A stretch of 32,000 nucleotides of DNA from Candidatus Saccharimonadota bacterium (GTDB lineage Bacteria; Patescibacteriota; Saccharimonadia; Saccharimonadales; UBA4665): the NCBI GenBank assembly GCA_963718045.1, contig OY970350.1, forward strand, positions 450,001 to 482,000, read 5' to 3'. Shown in pieces: positions 24,706 to 32,000 of the stretch. Made by a program: the position numbers and the translations under genes. The stretch's first letter is position 1. Every line of letters starts with the position of its first letter. The notes below the pieces were generated by a model. It saw only the letters and a program-made list of their open reading frames with translations, was not told the origin of the DNA and did no database searches.

Positions 24706-24728
24706 TTCCAGACCCACCTCCCCAGCCA
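24706..24728 (+). repeat. Degenerate direct copy of the tRNA-Gln 3' end (candidate attR)
   Basis: TTCCAGACCCACCTCCCCAGCCA compared with the tRNA 7029-7051 TTCGAATCCCTCATCCCCAGCCA gives 18/23 identities, the last 10 contiguous. Same orientation as the tRNA. Confidence 0.4.
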
Positions 24729-24806
24729 ATTCTTCTCTATCTGTTATTTGAAATTAGCCATTATGGACGTTAGAACATTTAAATAAACGTGAAGTTATCG
24801 GTTGAT

Positions 24807-24986
24807 TTATTTAAAAAACTTCCGAGCCAGAGTAGCAAACAGAAGACCAAGTAACCAACCGCCGCTAAAAATAAATACATTATGGAACCTGCTTGAACTA
24901 ATTAACAGCCAAGCAACTAGCAGTACTACTGCCCATACTACAAAAACTCCAACTACGTATATCCACCATGGGTATTTTTTAATCAT
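24807..24986 (-). CDS. Small two-TM membrane protein
   Basis: MIKKYPWWIYVVGVFVVWAVVLLVAWLLISS...GGWLLGLLFATLARKFFK. I prefer the internal ATG at 24986 over the track's 25058 non-ATG start. Confidence 0.4.
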   Translation of the reverse strand: MIKKYPWWIYVVGVFVVWAVVLLVAWLLISSSRFHNVFIFSGGWLLGLLFATLARKFFK

Positions 24987-25064
24987 AAGTTTATTATAGG
25001 CCCGCGACAGTACGGTAGACAAATTAAGAAAAGGTTCTAGACCAACGTGCTCAGCCAATTTGGC

Positions 25065-25358
25065 TTAGATACTATGGTCTTCCGAATGTTGAGTATATAT
25101 ATTTCTTAGTATTTGTTCTTGATATTCTGCCCTATTGGCAGCAACGATTGCGCATAACATATTCAATGAACCATTTGTAAAGTCACTTTCTACATCAGCA
25201 GTTTCCCGCAAATAAAGTTCTGCTAAACTTGCCACATTCCAAGCTCTTTCTGGATCTCTAAAAAGCAAACGACCTAAATCGCGGCCTAGACTTTCTGCAG
25301 ATTCACGGTTAAGCGATTTAAAGTCTATTTCAGAAAACGGGTCATTATCTATCGACAT
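25065..25358 (-). CDS. Hypothetical protein
   Basis: 97-aa ORF with no recognisable family. Confidence 0.4.
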   Translation of the reverse strand: MSIDNDPFSEIDFKSLNRESAESLGRDLGRLLFRDPERAWNVASLAELYLRETADVESDFTNGSLNMLCAIVAANRAEYQEQILRNIYTQHSEDHSI

Positions 25359-25466
25359 TAATATATTATATAACTATTTTACTAACAATACTAGATATAG
25401 ATATCGATGTATTGTAATGTCTGAGTCCGAAGAATGTCCGTTATGGCCAGCCAAAGCATAAGCAGT

Positions 25467-26624
25467 TTAGATAATAACTCTTCTTATACTCTCAGATAAT
25501 CCTGTCATTAATGAATAGTTAAATAATCCATTGTTTACACTGATTTGTTCGACTGAGTTGGGTTGACTCTTGTCCCTGCTTATGACGGTCACCATAGTGC
25601 CAATACTTACTTTATTATCCTTAATATCAATCATAGTGTGGTTCATGCAAACCCGGCCAACTATGGGAAATGTTTCGTTGCCAATTGTTACACAGCCCTT
25701 ATTGCTAAGTTCTCTCGGTACACCTTCATAGTAGCCTAGAGGCAAAATTCCAATATTCATATCTTGTTTTGCCGTAAAAATACCGTTGTAGCTTACCCTG
25801 TCTCCGTTTCTTAGCTTCACTACCTTTATGACCGTTGATCTTAACTCAAGGACGGGCTTTAAAAATCTAAGCTCGTTGTAGTGGTTATCCTTGGGGCTTA
25901 AAGGGTTTATGCCGTAAAGTCCAATGCCTATACGTAAAGTATTGGCATACTTGCTATGAACTCTTGTGCTTCCGGCTGTTTGTGCTATATGGAAATATTT
26001 TGGCTTAAAACCTTCACTCAAAATAGCTGCAGTTAGCTTATCGAAGGCTAGTGTTTGTTTTTTAGTAAAGTCATCACTTTCTTCATTATCAGCATCGGCT
26101 AAGTGTGTCATTACTCCTTCAAGTATTAATGATTTATATTTTTTCAGTTCATTAAGATAGGGCATAAGTTCATCAGCTGCAAGTCCAAGCCGGTTCATGC
26201 CAGTATTCAACTCTATGTGAATATGAATAGGTTTACTTAGACTAGCCAGCGCCTTTAACATCTCAAGGTCCTGAACGACAAATGAACATTTTCTGGTATC
26301 TAATAGGTGAACATTCTCTGGTTTTATATAACCAAGTACTAGAATTTTATGCTTTGTAATGTCTCTTATCTTAGCCGCTTCAAAATACCCATCGACAGTC
26401 AGAAAATCACAATCTGTTCTGTTAAGAATTTCAGCTATCTGTTTTAACCCATGACCGTAAGCGTTGGCTTTAAGAACAGGAATTATTGAATATGTCTTAT
26501 GGTAGTTTTGAAAAAGATTAAAGTTATGTATAAGATTGTCGCTACTAAGTTCTATTATATTAAGCGTCTGATAATTATTGGCCGAGATTTTGTTAACTAT
26601 TTTCTTAATTTGTCTGCGCAGCAT
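25467..26624 (-). CDS. alr: Alanine racemase
   Basis: PLP-lysine motif PVLKANAYGHG, the conserved R.G..LYG segment (LRIGIGLYGI), a C-terminal beta domain, and the correct length (385 aa). Confidence 0.9.
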   Translation of the reverse strand: MLRRQIKKIVNKISANNYQTLNIIELSSDNLIHNFNLFQNYHKTYSIIPVLKANAYGHGLKQIAEILNRTDCDFLTVDGYFEAAKIRDITKHKILVLGYIKPENVHLLDTRKCSFVVQDLEMLKALASLSKPIHIHIELNTGMNRLGLAADELMPYLNELKKYKSLILEGVMTHLADADNEESDDFTKKQTLAFDKLTAAILSEGFKPKYFHIAQTAGSTRVHSKYANTLRIGIGLYGINPLSPKDNHYNELRFLKPVLELRSTVIKVVKLRNGDRVSYNGIFTAKQDMNIGILPLGYYEGVPRELSNKGCVTIGNETFPIVGRVCMNHTMIDIKDNKVSIGTMVTVISRDKSQPNSVEQISVNNGLFNYSLMTGLSESIRRVII

Positions 26625-26717
26625 AGGTAAAAGTATAGACTATTTTACTTCTGACTTCGTTAACCAACACCAGCCAGGTATTGACTTTTCAGTGTAATCT
26701 TTTACTATCATCACATT

Positions 26718-27326
26718 ATGAGACTCAATATGATAAACGGTCCGTGCGGTGTAGGTAAAAGTACGGTTTCGGGCTTGATCGCAGAAAGATCACCAGACTT
26801 ATTACTGATACAAGTTGGTAGAATTCGAGACACGATGCCACCACCGATGTTTATTGACGATTCAGATGGGCATCCGGAATCATGGTTAAGAATGTGGTCA
26901 GCAAATCGCGTTGGTAGAAGTCTAGCTAGAACAGTATTGGCTGAAGGTAGAGACGTAATAGTTGACAATGTTAAGTACCAAACCGAATGGGTAGAGCCGT
27001 GGGAGAGTGTAGGAAGAGAACTTGGGGCAGAAGTACTTGATATGTGCATACTAGCACCTAAACATGTTGTCGAAGAGAGGGCTAGACTGCGTGGTTACAA
27101 ACCAGGCGGAAGGCTAACTCCGGAAAAAGTCTCGATGCTATACGACAAAGTAATATTGTTTTACAGAGACCGCCCCGAGGCATTATTTCTAGACAGTGTA
27201 GATTTAAGTCCTAGTGTAATAGCTGACGAAGTAATGAACTATGAGGCAGAAGACGTTGCCCCAGTCTTCGAGGAAGGCAGGAATTTATATAACTGTCTTC
27301 TTCAAGAAGTCATCACTAGGCAGTAG
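26718..27326 (+). CDS. P-loop NTPase / AAA_33-like small-molecule kinase
   Basis: Walker A INGPCGVGKST at the N-terminus (the true start may be ATG 26730). Walker-B-like VIVDN. About 200 aa, like gluconate/chloramphenicol-phosphotransferase-type kinases. Confidence 0.55.
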   Translation: MRLNMINGPCGVGKSTVSGLIAERSPDLLLIQVGRIRDTMPPPMFIDDSDGHPESWLRMWSANRVGRSLARTVLAEGRDVIVDNVKYQTEWVEPWESVGRELGAEVLDMCILAPKHVVEERARLRGYKPGGRLTPEKVSMLYDKVILFYRDRPEALFLDSVDLSPSVIADEVMNYEAEDVAPVFEEGRNLYNCLLQEVITRQ

Positions 27327-27373
27327 TAAATAGCAATGTTTTAACACTGGTTATAATGGCCGGCTATATGAGT

Positions 27374-27883
27374 TTATTGACGTTTACTTAACAGCCCACG
27401 AATATATGCTGCTTGGCCTGCGTGCTGAAGATCGTCAGACACAACACTTATAAGCCTCACTGCTTGAGTAACTGGTGGATCCCACCGTGTATCGACTATT
27501 TTTTCGTAGTCATGCTCGACTAACTTTTCAATATATCTGATAGTTTCTGAATGTACGGCATCGAGATAACCAGTCAATAATTGTGCCTCGGGATGAACTC
27601 TAGCTACATCTTTTGGGTTATGACCGTACCCTGTATCACCCCTTTCAAATGGCAAACCAAATCTTTCGTACCAGCCCTTATTCCAGACCTGTTCTTTGGC
27701 AGCCAAATCAGAGAGATGATCATCCTGTATTCTAGTTAAATGCCACACTAGCCAGGCAATAGAATTGGCAGATTCAGAAGGTCTAAACGCTAAATCAGTA
27801 GCACTTAGGCCATTTACGGTCTCTTTTGCTATATCTCTTATACGGCTAAATGCGTCAATTAGTAATTCGTCAGCTATGTTCAT
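27374..27883 (-). CDS. DinB-superfamily (DUF664/DinB_2-like) protein
   Basis: 169-aa four-helix-bundle pattern with His motifs (WLVWHLTRIQDDHL, DDLQHAGQAAYIRG). Confidence 0.7.
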   Translation of the reverse strand: MNIADELLIDAFSRIRDIAKETVNGLSATDLAFRPSESANSIAWLVWHLTRIQDDHLSDLAAKEQVWNKGWYERFGLPFERGDTGYGHNPKDVARVHPEAQLLTGYLDAVHSETIRYIEKLVEHDYEKIVDTRWDPPVTQAVRLISVVSDDLQHAGQAAYIRGLLSKRQ

Positions 27884-28020
27884 TAATTATCACTATAGTC
27901 CTATTTAGTTTTAACGCTTAACAATATGGCCAGCCAAGGCTGAATAAAATAGATAGATATTGGGTTATCTTGGAGTAAGTGGCATAATATTACATGTATT
28001 AAATAAACCAAAATACAGCT

Positions 28021-29115
28021 ATGTTGGAGCTCTCATCAAACGAACAAACTCATGAACAGGTTAGCGACTTGTTAGTTGGGCCAAAAACCAGTACTAGCAC
28101 GATAGAAATAGAAGAGATGCCTGAGGCAGATGGACTATATAATGTGACAGCCTGGAAGGAGAAGTCGGATGTGGAACGTTCCAGCATACGTTGCCTGCTG
28201 GGCCGAGGTGCTATTAGGCTTAGCGGACTGGGTAAGCCAGATGTCACAACCTTGGAATATAGAAGAGTGGGCCCAGATGGTGAAGTTATATACTCTGAAA
28301 TAGTCTGGGACTACATAGAGGGAGAGCCCACTTTGGAAGATCCTCGAGTATTGCCCGTAGAAGATGGCCTTGTTTTTGGTCTGTCCGCGGTTGTCAAAGA
28401 AGACGAAGATTATGTACCATATCCCGCTACTGCCTTTACACCATATAAAAAATTACGGGAAGGACTCCGTAACTACAGAATGATTACCAACCATGGACCC
28501 GGTAGCCAAACCACACCGTTAGGTGACATGGCCGGAAAGAATGCTACCGTTATCAGCGCAACTGCCACTGAGGCTACCGTTATGTTCAGGCCAGAGGGTG
28601 AAGAATATAATCACCGGCTGCGCGTACTTGATATCGTGGACGGCCGGGCAACCCCTCACCAAGATAGCGACATAGTAGTACCCGCTGTTCCATGGGCTAC
28701 GTTTAGAATCGGTACGACTATTCCACCGGTCTGGCTTAATCCGCGAGTAGCTATTTTCCCACTTCATGGGATAACCATAGATGGCAACGCAAAAGATATG
28801 TATTCTATCGGAGCAGCTAGGTTGACTAGAGCTAAGGATGGCAAGTTATCGATAGATAATATAAGTCAGAAACCTCTGGTTTCTCCAAGCTTATTTAACG
28901 GCACTGTCGAACGTAACCCGCAAAAGCGAGCGCTTTACTGCGTTGGGAGAGAACTCATTAATGACAGTGATGGCAATTTTCAGAAACTAGTTATGCTAGT
29001 CAGCGCCGGCGATACTAAAACGTTTAGGGTCACATTACCGAAAGAGATATTGACCCAAGGTTGGCAGACTAATAATGAGCCTGCTTCAGGGCAACAGCTA
29101 GCTGAAGTTGCTTAA
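28021..29115 (+). CDS. Hypothetical protein (beta-rich, possibly propeller-like)
   Basis: 364-aa ORF with normal codon structure. I cannot assign a family. Confidence 0.45.
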   Translation: MLELSSNEQTHEQVSDLLVGPKTSTSTIEIEEMPEADGLYNVTAWKEKSDVERSSIRCLLGRGAIRLSGLGKPDVTTLEYRRVGPDGEVIYSEIVWDYIEGEPTLEDPRVLPVEDGLVFGLSAVVKEDEDYVPYPATAFTPYKKLREGLRNYRMITNHGPGSQTTPLGDMAGKNATVISATATEATVMFRPEGEEYNHRLRVLDIVDGRATPHQDSDIVVPAVPWATFRIGTTIPPVWLNPRVAIFPLHGITIDGNAKDMYSIGAARLTRAKDGKLSIDNISQKPLVSPSLFNGTVERNPQKRALYCVGRELINDSDGNFQKLVMLVSAGDTKTFRVTLPKEILTQGWQTNNEPASGQQLAEVA

Positions 29116-29145
29116 GTATGTTAGTACGACGGGCATTAAGGCTGA

Positions 29146-29763
29146 TTAGCATTTGGCAGTACTAAAAACGTCTGGTTTGCCGTCTCGACCGCGTTTTAAC
29201 TCATAAAAGCCGTCGTGTTTAGCAATTTCAACTAAATTGTCCCACAGTTTGACCGATTCATCTTGATCCGGTAACTCTTTTAGGACCGGGCCGAAGAAGC
29301 CCGTTTGTTTACCGTCATCATATTTGAAAACGATAGTCGGCACCCCAATATCCTCGCCAACTATTTTAAGTGCTGACTCGCTTGATGCGATCAACTCTTT
29401 ATCTAAAGATTCGTCATCAGCGGCCTTGATTAAATCCTTTTTTAACTTAAGTTGGTCTATAACTGAAACAATAAGCTCATCGTTATACTCTTCACCGCTA
29501 AGAAAATGCTTAATGCCAAAATTGGTATAGAGTGCAAGTAGATCAGCGCCGTTTTTAGACGCAGATAGCATAACCCTCTCGACTCGGTGGGCCGGCATAT
29601 GTCCAGCCTGTGATTTCTTACCCCTAAGCTCGCCATTCTTGTAGGCAAGACTAAACAGTCGCCAATCAATATCAATATCTCTCTTGTTGCTGGACATTAA
29701 AATCCAGCGACTGGTAATCCAACACCAAGGGCACGCCGGATCAAAATAAAAAGCTACCTTCAT
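29146..29763 (-). CDS. DsbA-like thioredoxin-fold protein, Rv2466c-like
   Basis: FDPACPWCWITSRWI (CxxC), VGEDIGVPTIVF, FFGPVL, KLWDNLVEIAKHDGFYELKR. These line up closely with the mycobacterial Rv2466c sequence as I remember it. Confidence 0.75.
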   Translation of the reverse strand: MKVAFYFDPACPWCWITSRWILMSSNKRDIDIDWRLFSLAYKNGELRGKKSQAGHMPAHRVERVMLSASKNGADLLALYTNFGIKHFLSGEEYNDELIVSVIDQLKLKKDLIKAADDESLDKELIASSESALKIVGEDIGVPTIVFKYDDGKQTGFFGPVLKELPDQDESVKLWDNLVEIAKHDGFYELKRGRDGKPDVFSTAKC

Positions 29764-29965
29764 TCTTTTAATTATACAGCTTTATATGGGTTACAATTCA
29801 CACATCGTCCGTAGTGGCTTCTTGTGAACCTTATGGTTAGCGCTGGACTGCCCCGCCCTTGAAAAGATCAAAGATTAGTCTGGATACACTAATTAGTCGG
29901 AAGTTCGTTAATGCCGTCCAGCCACATAGAGCACTAAGTAAGATCGACTGGGTATATTACTACAC

Positions 29966-31651
29966 TTAAGTCTCTTGGTGGACGTATTTAGTACCCCGTA
30001 GCCATGAAGCTACAGCTGCTATCAGACAGGCAACTATGGCAAAACTAAGGACTAAAATGAGCCCATGTTTAAAGGGGCTACCGATTAAGTGCGGGAAGAA
30101 GCTTTTGGATGTTAGACGGGCGGCATCAACGTGCGGTAGCTTGCTAAGGATTTTTGGCCCGAGCAGGGTTTTAAGGGGATTGTAGCCCAAGAAAGCTGCA
30201 AACAAATAGCTAATTGGCGGCAGATGAGATAGCTGTGTAGCGAGATGTGCCGATACGCCATTTGCAGTTAACCCGGCATACATAGTCGGTGGCACTTTCG
30301 CGGTCAGACCGATGATCATCAGGCTAAAAAATATGCCGATCGACAGCGGCATACCGGTATTTTGAAAAGTGGCCCTCATACCCGAAGCAACACCTCTATA
30401 GTCGGCTGGAACGGAGTTCATTATGCCGGCAGTGTTGGGAGCCGAGAATAAGCCAAAAGCCAGTCCGTTAAGCAGTAATATTAGAGCAAAGGGCAAATAA
30501 GGAAAGTTAACCGGTAGAAGCATCATCAATGCGAAGCTGGCCGCTGCCAATATCATACCGCCAGTTGCAAAAGGCCGAGCGCCATATTTGTCGGATAAAT
30601 ATCCGGACAGAGGTCCAGCAATCAAAAAGCCGGCAGTGGTCGGTAACATAAAAATACCTGCCCAAAGTGGGGTTTCTGCAAATGAGTAACCGTGAAGCGG
30701 CAGCCAGATACCCTGCAGCCACATAATTAGCATGAACTGCAAACCTCCCCGGCCTACCGCTGATAGTATCCCCGCCAAATTACCGGCCGTAAAGGCTCTA
30801 ATTCGGAAGAGGCTTAAATTAAACATCGGTTGCTTGACACGGTGTTCGATAAAAATAAAGGCTATCAACAGAACGATACCGCCGGCAATCATTTCCAGAA
30901 CAAACGGGTTGGCCCAACCCATCGAAGAAGTACCATAAGGTTTGATACCATAGGTAACACCTATCAGGAGCATGGATAGGCCAGCCGCGAAGGCAAGATT
31001 ACCCAGCCAGTCGATCTTAGCTTTGTGGAATATGTCGATTTCCTTAAGCATGAGATAGGACCAAATTATGCCAACAGTTCCGATTGGTACGTTGAAAAGA
31101 AACACCCAGCGCCACGAAAACTGGGCTAAAATTCCACCGACCAAAATACCGATAAAAGCTCCGGCCATTGCCGAAATCTGGTTTATGCCCAGCGCCATAC
31201 CCCGCTGGTTAGAAGGAAAGGCGTCAGTTATAATGGCTGCTGAATTGGCCATCAGCAGTGCTCCGCCAACCGCCTGAACCATACGCATCAGAATCAATTC
31301 CAGGGCGCCGCTGTCGCCATGACTCCAGGTCAATGCCGCACCCAGTGCCCCCAGTGTAAAAATGACAAAACCCAGATTATACATCCGGACACGACCGAAC
31401 ATGTCGCCGAGCCGCCCGAGTGATACCACCAACACAGCTGTTACCAGTAAATAACCCAGTAAAATCCACAGCAGGTAAGTAAAGCTACTGGCACTAAGCG
31501 GATTGATATGAAGACCCCGAAATACAACAGGTAAAGCAATTATCAGGCTGGTCCCGTTAATGGCCGCCATCAACATCCCGAGCGTAGTGTTTGATAGTGC
31601 AATCCACTTGTAGTGGACGTTAACTCTAATACCGCCTTTGAATTTACTCAC
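29966..31651 (-). CDS. MFS transporter, DHA2 (EmrB/QacA-like, 14-TMS) family
   Basis: 561 aa and highly hydrophobic. MFS motif A-like [12 protein letters not shown], motif C-like region, and a length typical of 14-TMS DHA2 efflux pumps. Confidence 0.85.
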   Translation of the reverse strand: MSKFKGGIRVNVHYKWIALSNTTLGMLMAAINGTSLIIALPVVFRGLHINPLSASSFTYLLWILLGYLLVTAVLVVSLGRLGDMFGRVRMYNLGFVIFTLGALGAALTWSHGDSGALELILMRMVQAVGGALLMANSAAIITDAFPSNQRGMALGINQISAMAGAFIGILVGGILAQFSWRWVFLFNVPIGTVGIIWSYLMLKEIDIFHKAKIDWLGNLAFAAGLSMLLIGVTYGIKPYGTSSMGWANPFVLEMIAGGIVLLIAFIFIEHRVKQPMFNLSLFRIRAFTAGNLAGILSAVGRGGLQFMLIMWLQGIWLPLHGYSFAETPLWAGIFMLPTTAGFLIAGPLSGYLSDKYGARPFATGGMILAAASFALMMLLPVNFPYLPFALILLLNGLAFGLFSAPNTAGIMNSVPADYRGVASGMRATFQNTGMPLSIGIFFSLMIIGLTAKVPPTMYAGLTANGVSAHLATQLSHLPPISYLFAAFLGYNPLKTLLGPKILSKLPHVDAARLTSKSFFPHLIGSPFKHGLILVLSFAIVACLIAAVASWLRGTKYVHQET

Positions 31652-31901
31652 TTTTTCATTGCTCCATTTAAGTTTCAGTAAGACTTCTGTCCTATTTTAC
31701 ACAATTTGTTAAAGCTCTCTCAATGTAAAACTTATAGCAGGTTTGACCAATCATGATCTGCTCAGTCTGGACAGACAGAGGTGGGGCTATTATGTGGCAG
31801 GGTTCTATCTGAGCGACCCAGCCGTAAACTTTAGCTTCTTGTCCGCCAAATGACTTTTCTCTACGGGAGACAAAGTGCCCATGCTCAAATTATTCAGATA
31901 C

Positions 31902-32000
31902 TTAATTACTAAAAGAAGGTTGTCCGGCAGGAGATTCTTTTTCTAGCTCGGCTTCATTACTAAAATCATTTTTAGAGAAAACCTCACTAAATTTTGCGGC
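31902..32000 (-). CDS. C-terminal 32 codons of an unidentified ORF running in from the window edge
   Basis: Open minus-strand frame from nt 32000 to TAA at 31904-31902 (..AAKFSEVFSKNDFSNEAELEKESPAGQPSFSN*). Too short to identify. Confidence 0.2.
   Translation of the reverse strand, partial: AAKFSEVFSKNDFSNEAELEKESPAGQPSFSN

Larger units (their letters stand above)
7052..24728. mobile_element. About 17.7-kb integrated genomic island at the 3' end of tRNA-Gln (defence/accessory cargo, two large serine recombinases)
   Basis: The left end abuts the tRNA, and a recombinase gene ends 88 nt from it. The right end is proposed at an 18/23-nt direct copy of the tRNA 3' end (24706-24728, including the exact 10-mer TCCCCAGCCA). 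Core genes flank the region and accessory genes fill it. Composition is mosaic. Confidence 0.55.

Noticed and set aside
24593-24745. An acidic minus-strand reading frame (..WLGRWVWNRTFDEDTDCDVEEIRQLIDGLDSPDSSDNTTSITEEVE*) ends in TAATATG just before the Mrr-like gene.
   Set aside because: It has no ATG, GTG or TTG start between the upstream TAA and its end. Its 5' part runs through the tRNA-like repeat, so it may be a gene remnant cut by the island junction. I cannot support it as a CDS.
25442-27940. A 16-nt near-identical repeat, TATGGCCAGCCAAAGC (25442-25457) and TATGGCCAGCCAAGGC (27925-27940). It flanks alr, the kinase and the DinB-like gene and shares CCAGCCA with the tRNA 3' end.
   Set aside because: A rough estimate gives on the order of one or more 15/16 matches by chance among all position pairs in 32 kb. 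It flanks core genes and has no supporting recombinase context.
514-31277. Many 60-120-aa ORFs in the track lie inside or antisense to longer, recognisable genes. They are 514-747, 2652-2969, 4037-4327, 4622-4969, 5836-6018, 6106-6351, 6520-6831, 7697-8020, 15869-16117, 16455-16646, 17584-17808, 18805-19017, 18860-19042, 20492-20815, 21581-21790, 22126-22320, 22451-22645, 23579-23845, 24802-24999, 25966-26160, 26711-27049, 28050-28247, 28519-28767, 29324-29530, 29457-29675, 30507-30722, 30732-30938 and 31068-31277.
   Set aside because: Each is fully overlapped by a longer ORF with clear family motifs or better start signals. Their translations are low-complexity or compositionally odd. They are treated as shadow ORFs.
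1-32000. I looked for CRISPR arrays, rRNA genes, IS elements with terminal inverted repeats, phage structural or terminase genes, conjugation ATPases, and signs of an alternative genetic code (UGA recoding as in some CPR lineages).
   Set aside because: No regularly spaced direct repeats, no rRNA-like segments, no transposase ORFs and no structural phage genes were seen. TGA is used as a genuine stop, for example at the methylase/nuclease ATGA junction at 19909-19912, so the standard code 11 fits.

Overview
This window looks like a small, tightly packed, moderately AT-rich bacterial genome. The gene set is compatible with a CPR/Saccharibacteria-like organism, but that is inference only. Core genes occupy 1-7.05 kb (pheT 3' part, HIT, GH63-like hydrolase, rmuC, L,D-transpeptidase, mpg, rarA, tRNA-Gln) and about 25.4-32 kb (alr, P-loop kinase, DinB-like, DsbA/Rv2466c-like, DHA2 MFS pump). 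A roughly 17.7-kb accessory island starts directly after tRNA-Gln(CUG) at 6978-7051. It appears to end at a degenerate direct copy of the tRNA 3' end at 24706-24728. The island carries two large serine recombinases, an XRE regulator with a perfect 28-bp palindrome, a replication-relaxation-like gene, and a 2.2-kb cassette of two surface proteins bracketed by a repeated ~63-nt hairpin element. It also carries several defence-like modules. The best candidate for an undescribed system is a three-gene operon at 13.1-15.6 kb: a LexA-like S24 repressor, a single-TM protein and a SMODS/CD-NTase-like nucleotidyltransferase. This operon shares a palindromic operator region with a divergent string encoding an HNH nuclease and a P-[LIV]-[KR]-repeat micro-peptide. 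Further right are a second LexA-like paralog facing a DUF2188 operon of unknown function, a translationally coupled N6A-methylase/DUF262-HNH pair, and a TM-Mrr plus Zn-ribbon/DUF4145 pair. I found no phage structural genes, CRISPR arrays, rRNA or IS elements. All family assignments come from motif recognition by eye and need HMM or structure confirmation.
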